DNA of 36,486 nt from a virus (IMGVR_UViG_3300013126_000103:1-36486), one strand, 5' to 3'. Numbered from the stretch's first letter, positions 18,001-26,471 are shown. Numbers and translations are program-made. Notes: a model not told the origin generated them from the letters alone.

Positions 18001-19855
18001 ATACCTGTCCACTTCTCTCTGTATTTTGATATGTGTAAATTGGTTCTGGGCGACCTAAAAAAGTGTTACTTTCCCATCTAGCAGTATTTTGTTCTGATAC
18101 TTTTAAATCATATGGTGGAAACCACATAACCCTACCTCCATTATTTCCTCTTTCACAATATGGTAAATCATTAACAGTAAAACCTGGTGTGTTTGATGTT
18201 TTCCACGCAAGGTTCTCAATTGAGAACATGTATTTTTTTGCGTAGAATCCGTCTCCTCTTGGTTTTATGTTCGTAGACTCTGTAAAATCTTTTCCACCGT
18301 TAGAAATTGGTGCAATATTAAGATTCCAAGGTCTATCTAAAATACTGTCATCATACTTTCGTACATTTTGACCCCTTTTCATTGTATCTGAATAATTCAA
18401 ATAGGATCTATCTTTTGTCCAAACTCTACAATATTCTACACCACTTTCTTCACCAAATTTATCTACGTATTTGACCGCGGAACCTCTACTTAATAAAACA
18501 TCACCTTCTCTGAAAATTCTACTTGTTTGGTCGATTACGTTTGCAACATGTGAACGAGCTTCCCCACCATTCGTTGGTAAAGTATCTAATAATTCTTGTG
18601 TATATCCTAAAATTGAATCTTCTCTGAAATCAAAACTTGTTGATGTTGAATTGTCGAAATCAGATTGTTGGTTACCCCATTCAGCGTTATTAACACCTAG
18701 TTCATTTCTTGAATTTCTACTAATCCAAGTTAATTTACCTGTAATCGAACCACCTTCAGAATAATTTCTTTTTCTTTGAAACAACTCCGCTTGAATGGGG
18801 TCAAACATCAAACTTAAAAAATAATTACTTCTAACAGGTCTGTCGTTAAAATCATTCATTGCATATTTTACGTCATTTCCTCTGTCGTCTCCAATATATG
18901 CCTCACCTCTTGGTGCCTCAACCCCTAATAAATTTTTTACCCCTTGAGCAACATTATCAACAAAGTTAAAAATCTTTGATGTATTTTGTGATCTAGCGGT
19001 AGTTGTGTAATTCGGTGCGTATTTTGAATATGATAATAAATCATAAAGAACATTTTTTTGACCTCCCCCAAGATATTCAATCATTATATCAGATGGTTTT
19101 CTTGTTGGTGATTGTCTTCTCTTTATACCAATTAATGAACCTAAAACACCCGTTACATCTTGAAACGCTTTACCTAATTGAGTTTTAGGGGTTGGTCTTA
19201 CATTGATAGGATTTCTAGGGTCAGAAAGGTATTGACCAGGTATCTCTGAAAAAGGAAATTCAACACCAGCAGCAACTTGAACGAAATCAATAACTTTACC
19301 CGGTAAAGTTTTTGCAACAGTAATACTATAATCAGGAGCAACCAAAGGTTCTCTTCCTGTTACTATGTTTGATGCGGTTGAAATACTTCCATTTAATGCG
19401 TCCGCAATTCTAAGTCTACCATTTGTTTGTCTTTCTATATTTTGTGAAATTCTTGAAAAAACAGGACCATTGTTTGATAATAAATATTTTCCAGCGAACT
19501 TCATCAATTCTGACTCAGAATCTAAATTATTCTGTCTAAATACACTTATTAAATTGTGGTTTTGAAATTGAAAATATGGATATAAACTAAGATTAGCTCT
19601 TCTTGGTAGAGTATCTAAATTTTCAGTTACACTAAATTCTAAGGGTTTAAAAACGTTACCTGTTTGTGGAAGTTGTAACATTTGAGTCCTATTGTCCACA
19701 ACAGTACCCGGATTGACGTTAGCACCGTCACTCAAATTTTGAATGGAATAGTTACCCGAGTTAAACGTTTGAGGACCATTCGGTTGATTCAAAGTTTTAC
19801 CTAACACATAATCTCTAAATCTTTTAGTAGAATCAAAATCTAAGTAACTTGGCAT
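15095..19855 (-). CDS. Giant tail/baseplate protein: tube-initiator-like fold interrupted by an OmpA-like domain
   Basis: 1586 aa. FPPYDLKVSE...ARWESNTFLGRPEPIYTYQNTERSGQVSF and FGPPPICILRVGD...IIRDVNITF...PMIANVSLQVNFIG flank IGSSCSALADNNYNFRLSIRRTYSI. Lies between the tape measure and gpX-like genes. Confidence 0.6.
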   Translation of the reverse strand: MPSYLDFDSTKRFRDYVLGKTLNQPNGPQTFNSGNYSIQNLSDGANVNPGTVVDNRTQMLQLPQTGNVFKPLEFSVTENLDTLPRRANLSLYPYFQFQNHNLISVFRQNNLDSESELMKFAGKYLLSNNGPVFSRISQNIERQTNGRLRIADALNGSISTASNIVTGREPLVAPDYSITVAKTLPGKVIDFVQVAAGVEFPFSEIPGQYLSDPRNPINVRPTPKTQLGKAFQDVTGVLGSLIGIKRRQSPTRKPSDIMIEYLGGGQKNVLYDLLSYSKYAPNYTTTARSQNTSKIFNFVDNVAQGVKNLLGVEAPRGEAYIGDDRGNDVKYAMNDFNDRPVRSNYFLSLMFDPIQAELFQRKRNYSEGGSITGKLTWISRNSRNELGVNNAEWGNQQSDFDNSTSTSFDFREDSILGYTQELLDTLPTNGGEARSHVANVIDQTSRIFREGDVLLSRGSAVKYVDKFGEESGVEYCRVWTKDRSYLNYSDTMKRGQNVRKYDDSILDRPWNLNIAPISNGGKDFTESTNIKPRGDGFYAKKYMFSIENLAWKTSNTPGFTVNDLPYCERGNNGGRVMWFPPYDLKVSEQNTARWESNTFLGRPEPIYTYQNTERSGQVSFKVVVDHPSVLNLLVREHFKGMSDEESENYINAFFAGCEEIDFYDLIRRYAEITPDDAKSITDYLDGKKDPDRIQEYKSVTTGDVPKKEPPVLKDNSKKEKLTVSLNFANDKPKVVGSDQFKGAKYTTEYNTSIGYSGWLNDTTNSLDIVLNDILSGTTTYNTANAIHDKKILFGKDIPTGETSTYKTQVSNDLNTEILEAQSSFTTYETQTTTLKTDIEAGLVKDLSVQIGSSCSALADNNYNFRLSIRRTYSIILDFLDRIKKDVDAKSVLDSKWPSSFSGNATQQTNFDLQITLKELGYAESDGKINFRTISSGELASNKKRDCSTNEFKYGVGGSSDISLKVVAPVAFGCRQSTVIFEYTKTEKPEPTQSTPEPDPTIKTRLEPKDGPTTPPSSNKPPIDLMKRIIMKTLSECYYFQKLEESDPVVFKTLKEKLKYFHPAFHSTTPEGLNSRLTFLLQCIRPGDTIPIKGLSDVSDLNARNTSFGPPPICILRVGDFYHSKVIIRDVNITFEENVWDLNPEGIGVQPMIANVSLQVNFIGGQGLSKPVERLQNALSSNFYANTEMYDERSINTAETIDGENREDFTKEFLEKLRDKFSKIEDIANDNKGDNFEEGYIGKIDSTKLKLVYTELVDNVYKATETYFEKYVSLYNEIVKEYGPSISSFILHPNYRDIKQYDVYNTTSSSAGLNIDLFGEYPKNRQLSYYVTELKKSMLKTLSTTDICQMMGLDNVLPTPKQNKANELLQPYFKNIIETKINSITDKCQILINGDDGFIKQRNEVIESLDKVNFIVKYGYDAKISGTTTVTKCELSGFTYNLIYDEYDNCIEHFTNNTNKLYEDLDTTINFNNPTITTSTLSELLSVLLKETDKESFKNVFLKDTLIFDTNTMNKIERKYDSFISDSIKDKKFKLKKLKKRKNNKEISFTKSTESEVTDDAVKSEVKKLKDKNKTQPINNKLNHFNS

Positions 19856-19869
19856 CGAGTTCTTTTATC

Positions 19870-19877
19870 TATAAATA
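19870..19877 (-). promoter_or_regulatory. TATTTATA motif (putative late promoter)
   Basis: 14 nt upstream of the ATG at 19855. Confidence 0.55.
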
Positions 19878-19912
19878 GATAATTTATAAAAATATTAACC
19901 TATAATCTTTAA

Positions 19913-21826
19913 TTATAAATCAACATACAAATAACCATTTGGATTTGTGGAATCTATACTGTTGGATATCACAATTTTACCCTTATCATCATATTTGGTT
20001 TGTGTTCTTGCATCTCTCATAATTCTCTCCATTTCTGCCGCGGTAATACCTTTATTATTGGGGTCAGTATTTGTATTGTTTTGATTAGTTTGTTGGTTAT
20101 TGTTAACATTTGCGGGTTGTTGTGGTGTTGGGTTTGTTTTTGTCGAATTTTCTTGAACTTTTGTGTTTAATTCCTTTCTTCTACTTTCAATTTCTGCATT
20201 TATATCGGTGTTACTTCTATCACCTTTGATATAATTTTTTAACATGTCATCAGCCTGCTTAACATATTTGTCCATGTCAGCACCCATACTTCTATAAGTG
20301 TTTGCAAACTCAACTTTTAACATTGCGGCAATTTCTGAAACTGTTAATGCTAATTTTTGTGTTTCTGTAAATTGTTCTAACGCAATATCTTTTGGGTCCA
20401 TTTTTTCAAATGCTTTTTGATTTTCTAAAATTGCATTTGCAGTAGTTTGATTTAAATCTTCTAATGCAATTGTTTCACCTAATCGTTCTTGTAAAATTGT
20501 TGGTACCTCAATAACCATTTTTCCATCTTTACCCATTCTGGCTAAGTTTGTTAAAAACTCTATTTGTTTTTCATCAGCCGAAACACCTGAAGCAATTATA
20601 TCTTGTGCTGCAGAGGTTCTTTCCGCCGCAGCAATTGCCATTTGTGATAAGTCTTGATAACTCATCCCGAGTTCTTCTGCCATGGCTCTTGCTCTTCTTA
20701 AGTTAACACCCGATATTTCAAATTTTCCTTGTTCTGAATTATATGTTGCTAAAGATTCTGCCGCCCCAATTAACGCATCTTGTAATCCTTCCACGTTATT
20801 TGTTGCCATATACATCATTTGGAATGGGTCACCTAATGAACCAATTGCTCCACCTAATACTTGTAGATTGGCAGCCAAATCTATTGCTTTCTCAGGTGAC
20901 ATTACTTTTTCTGCAATGTCAAATACATTTTGCATGTTCATTCTAAATTCAACAGATTTTTGTACCATTCTATTTAATCCCTGAACACCATTTTCAAAAC
21001 CATACTGATTTATTTTTCCAATATTTTTTTGAAACTCTTCTGTTGTTTTTCTAATATTTAAACCTAATACTAATGAAGATTTACCACCAGCGTTAATATT
21101 TTCTAATGTTTTTTCAGCTCCAATACCCGTAAGTTCAAAACTTCTTAATATTGGGGCCATTTCTTTCATGTCACCTACGAATGCTCTCGATGTTACTGCC
21201 ATATTTTCCATAACAGATTCATTCATCGTGAAAAATCTTCCCGTTTCTTTAGTTGCAGATATTGCGGTATCAGCTAATTCATCAAATGAATATCCCATAC
21301 CTTGAACACCGTCATATGCATTTACAATACTATCTCTATACCCTCTTGATAATTCTTTTCCAATACCAATTTGACTATTTAACTTATTTCTTAATTCAAC
21401 TTCTTTATTTACGATGTCTACCATACCTTCATAAAGATTTGATAATCCAGTTGAAAAAAGACCCTTTAACCCATCTTTTAATGATTGACTACCAAATAAC
21501 GCCTTACCTATTGATACAGCGGCGTCAGCAATTTTGTCGGCACCAATTAATTCAGTTGCCGCCTCCGCACTTATCATTCCGTATCCTGTTGTAAATCCTT
21601 GTGCAGATACCGCTTTAGAAATCATACCTTTTCCACTACTATTATCATAAGATCCCGGTTTATGATAACGAGATAAAAATTGTTGACTTTCACTTTGTGT
21701 TACTGAATAATTACCAGAAATATTATTATTTCTATTGTACATATTCATAGCATCTATATATGCTTTAGAATCTGCGTCAGCACTTCCAAATTTACCAATA
21801 AAATCACCTATTAACGGTTTGTTCAT
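19913..21826 (-). CDS. Tail tape measure protein (putative)
   Basis: 637 aa, Ala/Gly/Met/Gln-rich and helical-looking (e.g. AIDLAANLQVLGG, RARAMAEELGMS); canonical position after tube and chaperone genes. Confidence 0.7.
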   Translation of the reverse strand: MNKPLIGDFIGKFGSADADSKAYIDAMNMYNRNNNISGNYSVTQSESQQFLSRYHKPGSYDNSSGKGMISKAVSAQGFTTGYGMISAEAATELIGADKIADAAVSIGKALFGSQSLKDGLKGLFSTGLSNLYEGMVDIVNKEVELRNKLNSQIGIGKELSRGYRDSIVNAYDGVQGMGYSFDELADTAISATKETGRFFTMNESVMENMAVTSRAFVGDMKEMAPILRSFELTGIGAEKTLENINAGGKSSLVLGLNIRKTTEEFQKNIGKINQYGFENGVQGLNRMVQKSVEFRMNMQNVFDIAEKVMSPEKAIDLAANLQVLGGAIGSLGDPFQMMYMATNNVEGLQDALIGAAESLATYNSEQGKFEISGVNLRRARAMAEELGMSYQDLSQMAIAAAERTSAAQDIIASGVSADEKQIEFLTNLARMGKDGKMVIEVPTILQERLGETIALEDLNQTTANAILENQKAFEKMDPKDIALEQFTETQKLALTVSEIAAMLKVEFANTYRSMGADMDKYVKQADDMLKNYIKGDRSNTDINAEIESRRKELNTKVQENSTKTNPTPQQPANVNNNQQTNQNNTNTDPNNKGITAAEMERIMRDARTQTKYDDKGKIVISNSIDSTNPNGYLYVDL

Positions 21827-21837
21827 ATCAATAAATA

Positions 21838-21993
21838 CTATTTGGTATTATTTTCCAATTCAATCAAATAACTAATATAATATCGTCTGATATAGACAGG
21901 CATAAGAAGGATATCTCGATATGAGAACCCTCTTTTAACTAAAAATAAAATTTCGTCTAATTGACCTTTACTATAATCCGTAGAAAGGGCGAA
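21838..21993 (-). CDS. Frameshift-accessed C-terminal extension of the tail assembly chaperone (gpT / T4 gp51-like), absent from the ORF track
   Basis: The +1 frame reads FALSTDYSKGQLDEILFLVKRGFSYRDILLMPVYIRRYYISYLIELENNTK*. It opens right after an in-frame TAG (22002-22000) at the T6 run and has no ATG/GTG/TTG until codon 31. Confidence 0.75.
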   Translation of the reverse strand, partial: FALSTDYSKGQLDEILFLVKRGFSYRDILLMPVYIRRYYISYLIELENNTK

Positions 21994-22720
21994 AAAATTC
22001 TACCCCGAATCCAATTTCAACTTGGATTGTGTCTCCTGACGGGGTTGTTACTGTTTTTTTAAGATCTAATGATGGTTTATTTTCTTTAACAAATTTTCTG
22101 AAATCTTGTGAATCCTTGATTGGTAGATTTTGAACAAAATTATGTATGTTCATCATTTCTCTGTTGCCAGCAACAGATTTAATCATCATTTCTAATTCTT
22201 TTGTTACAAGTGGTGCAACCCCATTACCATTCCAACTTTTTTCTATTTCGTCAAGTTCTCTTTGTTGTTTTTTAGTTAAAAACTTAAAAGTAACTTCTAC
22301 TTTAGATTTTTCCATAAAGTATTTGAATTCACCATTTTCATTTGGTGTTAATCCGAAATCTTTAAACTTAACTTCACTTAAATCAACCTTCGCGGTAAAT
22401 GCTTCGCTTGTTTTTGGGTCGGTTACATAAACGTTGAACTCAGGTCCGAACGCGGTGTTTCTTAAAAAGATTAAAACGGCTTGTCTATCTTCATCAACTA
22501 AATCGTCTGTGTTAAAATCTTTATCTAAAATTTTTCTTTTTAGTAATTCATCTACCACAGCATTACTTTGAATTAGGTTTTGTGCCGATAGTATATTTTC
22601 ATCAGCAGCGGTTAAGTATGCAACTCTTAAAGATTTTTTTTGTATTGTATAATGAATACCTCTACTTGGTAATTCTACAACATCATATGCAATTGTTGGG
22701 TCTACTACAAATTGTTCCAT
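21971..22720 (-). CDS. Tail assembly chaperone / T4 gp26-like baseplate hub assembly protein
   Basis: 249 aa with VELPSRG..Y, LTAADENIL, L...DR.A.LIFLR..AFG and FV.NLP..DS..FRK, ending GVEFFRP; lies between tube and tape measure genes. Confidence 0.75.
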   Translation of the reverse strand: MEQFVVDPTIAYDVVELPSRGIHYTIQKKSLRVAYLTAADENILSAQNLIQSNAVVDELLKRKILDKDFNTDDLVDEDRQAVLIFLRNTAFGPEFNVYVTDPKTSEAFTAKVDLSEVKFKDFGLTPNENGEFKYFMEKSKVEVTFKFLTKKQQRELDEIEKSWNGNGVAPLVTKELEMMIKSVAGNREMMNIHNFVQNLPIKDSQDFRKFVKENKPSLDLKKTVTTPSGDTIQVEIGFGVEFFRPFYGL

Positions 22721-22766
22721 AGAATAAAATATATTAAATAACTATCTTAATGTAAAGTTTTAAAAT

Positions 22767-22800
22767 AAAAAAAGGTATCCTTTTGAGATACCTTATTTTT
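22767..22800 (-). terminator. Rho-independent terminator after the tail tube gene (possibly bidirectional)
   Basis: Perfect 8-bp stem AAGGTATC / GATACCTT with a 7-nt loop and T-rich runs on both strands. Confidence 0.8.
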
Positions 22801-22815
22801 GACAGATTTATTATT

Positions 22816-23304
22816 TTAGTAAACTTGGATACATCTATCCATTCTCAAAGAACAAACGATAGTTGCAATTTCATCTCTTGAGTAATCTAAATCACCGAAG
22901 TTTAAATCGGTAATAAATGTACCTTGTAGAATCCACTTTTCAACCACAACACCTGTTGGGTCTAACATTTCTAATTCGATATCTTTTTTATATCCAGCAG
23001 CATAACCCATACGACCTGTTACTGATTCTGCATGTAAACGGAACCATTCCATAAGTGCTTGAGAAGCAGATGGACCAATTGGGTCTTTAAAGGTTACTCT
23101 CATTTCCTGCCATTCAAATCTTCCTGCTACATATGTCGATGTATTCAAGAAGGGAATAGCCACAGAATTGATTTTAGCACTTGGTCTAGCCGCTGATGTT
23201 ACATACCATTCATTGATACCCAAAGATGATGGGAATCTAACAATGAATCGGTTTTGTCTTTTCGGTTCATAAGGAACCGGCATTTTCATTAATAAATCTG
23301 CCAT
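22816..23304 (-). CDS. Tail tube protein (T4 gp19-like)
   Basis: 162 aa with YEPKRQNRF, YVAGRFEWQEMRVTFKDPI, GYKKDIELEMLDPTG.VVEKW.L.G.F....FGDLDY; downstream of the sheath gene. Confidence 0.9.
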   Translation of the reverse strand: MADLLMKMPVPYEPKRQNRFIVRFPSSLGINEWYVTSAARPSAKINSVAIPFLNTSTYVAGRFEWQEMRVTFKDPIGPSASQALMEWFRLHAESVTGRMGYAAGYKKDIELEMLDPTGVVVEKWILQGTFITDLNFGDLDYSRDEIATIVCSLRMDRCIQVY

Positions 23305-23340
23305 TTTGTATTTGTTAAGTTTTTAGTTATTCTTTATTCC

Positions 23341-23348
23341 TATAAATA
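23341..23348 (-). promoter_or_regulatory. TATTTATA motif (putative late promoter for the tail tube gene)
   Basis: 36 nt upstream of the ATG at 23304. Confidence 0.55.
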
Positions 23349-23427
23349 TATTCAAATCAAGAAATATTTTTTTTTAACTATAATTGATTCAATACTTGAT
23401 TTTATCAAAAATTTTAATTAGTTTTTT

Positions 23428-23505
23428 ACTAGTCCCAGTATCCAGTTCTAGAATATTTCTTAACTTATTAATAAATACTAGAATATCTGGTTCCAGTATA
23501 CTGGA
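23428..23505. repeat. Cluster of short CTAG/CCAG/CTGG motifs with direct repeats and a 14-bp palindrome
   Basis: Eight tetramers in 78 bp; CTAGAATAT at 23448 and 23478; CCAGTAT at 23435 and 23493; perfect palindrome TCCAGTATACTGGA at 23492-23505. Confidence 0.7.
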
Positions 23506-23537
23506 TTGTATATAAAAGTATAATTATTATAAAAAAT

Positions 23538-23562
23538 GGTTCCGCGTGGAACATGTGGAACA
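23538..23562. other. parS-like site plus an extra half-site
   Basis: GGTTCCGCGTGGAACA (23538-23553) matches the parS variant TGTTCCACGTGGAACA at 14 of 16 positions; GTGGAACA recurs 9 nt later. Confidence 0.5.
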
Positions 23563-23590
23563 AAAAAGGGAATCCAATGGACTCCCTTTT
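23562..23590 (-). terminator. Rho-independent terminator after the tail sheath gene
   Basis: Minus strand AAAA-GGGAGTCC-ATT-GGATTCCC-TTTTTT. Confidence 0.8.
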
Positions 23591-23609
23591 CATTTTTATA
23601 TACTTTACT

Positions 23610-26435
23610 TTAGATATTATCGAAAGACGCACCTGTAGGTGTAATAACAAACTCAACATCAATAAATTCAAGAGAACGAGTAGGTTTGATATAAATTTTA
23701 CCTCTAAGTGTGTTAGCATCAATATCCTCTGGATCATTTGATACTGTTACACGGAAGTCAAATAAACCTCTCTCTTTCTTAATTGATTCAAGAATAGGAT
23801 TTACTAATCTCAAAAACTCATTTCTTACTTGTTCGTCATTTTGTTCAAATAACAATCTAATTGCAACCGCTGAAATTAACTTTCTAGCTCTTAATAATAA
23901 TCTTCTTACGTTGATTCTATCAAGTGCAGATTCTCTAACCTGTAGGGTTTTATTACCCCAAATAATTGTACCAGTGTCTGAGAATGTTGCAATTGGGTTA
24001 ATTCTGTTCTTATAAAGGTCATCTCTTTCATCAAGAGTAAGTTTTTTGTATGCTTTAATCGCGTTTATTAAACCTCTTGAATAACCCGCTACAGCGAACC
24101 AAGGATATGAAACGTTATCGGTCAATGCGATATTCTTTAAAACTTCCCCTGTTGGTGGAATATACAACTGAGTTGCGTTGTCCCCATCTCTTACTTGAAT
24201 CCAAGGCCAGTATGTTGCTGAGTAGTTACTATCAATTGAAACTGAATCCAAATTGTCAATAACCTCTTCTGCGGTTGAAACGTTAGGTGAGTTCATCACA
24301 TAAAGTGAATCCGCTCTATCATTTTCAATCATGTCGATTGCCTGAGTAACCAATGAACTGTGGTCGAGGAAGTTAATACCTGGAGTTGCAAATACGTTAA
24401 TATCAACCGCTTCAGGATTTGCAAATGTTTCCACACCTTGTAAGTAAGCATAATAATCAGAGTTACCAACACTTGAACTAAATACACCTCCATTGGTTGT
24501 ATGTCCACTTACATATACATTTTTACCGAAAATGAACGCGTCTCCGTTAGTTCTTACATTTCTGTAGATATCCCAACCATCACAACCACCAAACACCGCG
24601 AAAGTAAACTTACGGAAAGAAACGTTTTCCAATTTATCTTTACTTAACCCTTCTAAATCATATGGTGTACACTGAAATGTTACTCCTGTTATAGAAGATG
24701 CGTTTGTTGATAAGTGGAAACCAAAAGTTTCTGTTGACGCTCCTAATCCTTTATATTTCAATAAGTCTCTATCAAAACCAACTTGAGATGATAGACCCAA
24801 GGAAACCTTTCTTACTTTGTCACCATTTGATAGAACAGGTGTACCGTCTACTTCATATGATATTACATCGCCAGCGTCAAAATATTCAGTTTTGTATAAA
24901 ACACTACCTAATTTATTTCCACCACCGAATGTTCCGTTATTTTTAAACCCTTTGAAACCAGCAGGAAATGCATCGGTTGGGTGATTATCCGCCATAGATA
25001 ACATAATGTATCTTGAACGTAATTCATATTCACCATCTGATGTACCAACTTTTCTAGCAACATAACCTGGTAAATCAGGATTCATATTACATCTTGTAAA
25101 TTTCTCTAATACAACGATATTATCGTCAGAATCATTGAAATCTCTAACTATTAAATCAAAATCACCACTATCTAAATCGATGTTTTGAACCGTTATTTTA
25201 ACTTGGAAGTTTGCCGCTTCACCATCTGAAATTGTGATAACTTCAAATAAATCTGCAACTTCACCACCACGAACTTCAGAAACAACCATAGGAGAAATTG
25301 TGGTATCCCACTGACCTAAGAAGTTGTTACCATCTGTTTCTACCACAACCGTTGTACTCAAACCTCTAATTAAACCCTTATCAAAAGCAGATTTTAAAAG
25401 AGACGAATAAACTTCGTGTACATATAAAGGAAAATCCGATTTTACTTTATCAAAAACTTCATGACCTAAAACTTTGGTGATGAATTTTGTTGATGTTGTG
25501 TCTAATGAACAAGTGAATGATTTTGCACCACTTGTAGAACCTGTTACATTTAAAGTAAACTCACCTAAAGGATTACCTGTGATATCACCCGAAATACTTA
25601 CAGTTGAACCCGTAACTTCTAAATTTAATGCTTGACCACTATAAGAACCTCTTGATCTAAGAGCAGCCACCACAACGTCATGATAATCTGAATTCAAGGA
25701 CGCGTTGTATTCATATCTTGTAACATCAAAGTGGTCATCGTCCCAAACAAATAGGTATGAATATACATCTGTGATTGTAGCACCACTATTGAAAAATACG
25801 TTATACCATTCTTTCTGATGATTAGATGTTTCATTGTCTTGACCTGTCAAAGGTGACAAAACTTCATCAGATGCTGTTAATGCTGCAACATCATCTGCAT
25901 CGGGTTTACCAATAACAAACCATGTTCCTGTATCACCAGTAGTGAAATCACTAAATTCTGTTTCAATATAATCCGTGATTGATGTTCCATCAAAAGCCGT
26001 TTTACCTGAAAGTTCACCTGATATTGTACCACCCGTCACAGGATCAAATGTTAGACCTGTTGTCGATGTGTATCCTGTTAATGTGATTGAAACACCACCT
26101 AAGGTTTTAATACCATAACTTTTTACTGGTTTGTAACCTGTTAAACCTAAAACTCTTGTTACAAATAATTGATTTGATTCTTCTAAATATGATTTCGCAA
26201 CATATGGTAATTCATATTTTGGATTACCAATACCATCCTTTACAGGTGATGATGGACCAAAATATGTTTTAAACTCGTCGAAGTTGCTGATTAAAATTGG
26301 TTCGAAAGCGGGACCTTTTAAGGTTTCACCAACTAAACCGAGTGTTGTTACACCCACACTTTGAGCCACAAATGTTAAATCCTTCTCTGAGGTATATACA
26401 CCAGGAGAAACGAAAACTCTGTTTGAACTTGCCAT
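23610..26435 (-). CDS. Contractile tail sheath protein (T4 gp18-like)
   Basis: 941 aa. N-terminal FVSPGVYTSEKD and KGPAFEP; C-terminal ATYWPW, PWFAVAGYSRG, RDDLYKNRINPI, WGNKTLQ, DRINVRRLL and IKPTRSLEFI. Confidence 0.95.
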   Translation of the reverse strand: MASSNRVFVSPGVYTSEKDLTFVAQSVGVTTLGLVGETLKGPAFEPILISNFDEFKTYFGPSSPVKDGIGNPKYELPYVAKSYLEESNQLFVTRVLGLTGYKPVKSYGIKTLGGVSITLTGYTSTTGLTFDPVTGGTISGELSGKTAFDGTSITDYIETEFSDFTTGDTGTWFVIGKPDADDVAALTASDEVLSPLTGQDNETSNHQKEWYNVFFNSGATITDVYSYLFVWDDDHFDVTRYEYNASLNSDYHDVVVAALRSRGSYSGQALNLEVTGSTVSISGDITGNPLGEFTLNVTGSTSGAKSFTCSLDTTSTKFITKVLGHEVFDKVKSDFPLYVHEVYSSLLKSAFDKGLIRGLSTTVVVETDGNNFLGQWDTTISPMVVSEVRGGEVADLFEVITISDGEAANFQVKITVQNIDLDSGDFDLIVRDFNDSDDNIVVLEKFTRCNMNPDLPGYVARKVGTSDGEYELRSRYIMLSMADNHPTDAFPAGFKGFKNNGTFGGGNKLGSVLYKTEYFDAGDVISYEVDGTPVLSNGDKVRKVSLGLSSQVGFDRDLLKYKGLGASTETFGFHLSTNASSITGVTFQCTPYDLEGLSKDKLENVSFRKFTFAVFGGCDGWDIYRNVRTNGDAFIFGKNVYVSGHTTNGGVFSSSVGNSDYYAYLQGVETFANPEAVDINVFATPGINFLDHSSLVTQAIDMIENDRADSLYVMNSPNVSTAEEVIDNLDSVSIDSNYSATYWPWIQVRDGDNATQLYIPPTGEVLKNIALTDNVSYPWFAVAGYSRGLINAIKAYKKLTLDERDDLYKNRINPIATFSDTGTIIWGNKTLQVRESALDRINVRRLLLRARKLISAVAIRLLFEQNDEQVRNEFLRLVNPILESIKKERGLFDFRVTVSNDPEDIDANTLRGKIYIKPTRSLEFIDVEFVITPTGASFDNI

Positions 26436-26471
26436 TGATTAATGTTTGGTTAAATAATTTATTACTTACAT

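Noticed and set aside
21838-21903. Independent 21-aa ORF starting at the internal ATG (MPVYIRR...)
   Set aside because: It would leave the preceding 30 open, protein-like codons unexplained; a frameshift fits better.
21968-21973. TAG readthrough or stop-codon reassignment as the explanation for the chaperone extension
   Set aside because: TAG is followed immediately by TAA in frame, and all long genes are intact under the standard code.
23428-23562. CRISPR array or tRNA in the sheath-tube spacer
   Set aside because: The repeats are only 4-9 bp with no spacer periodicity, and no cloverleaf or T-loop motif is visible.
23468-23741. ORFs 23468-23737 (-) and 23553-23741 (+)
   Set aside because: They overlap the sheath 3' end in other frames, run through the terminator and encode implausible peptides.
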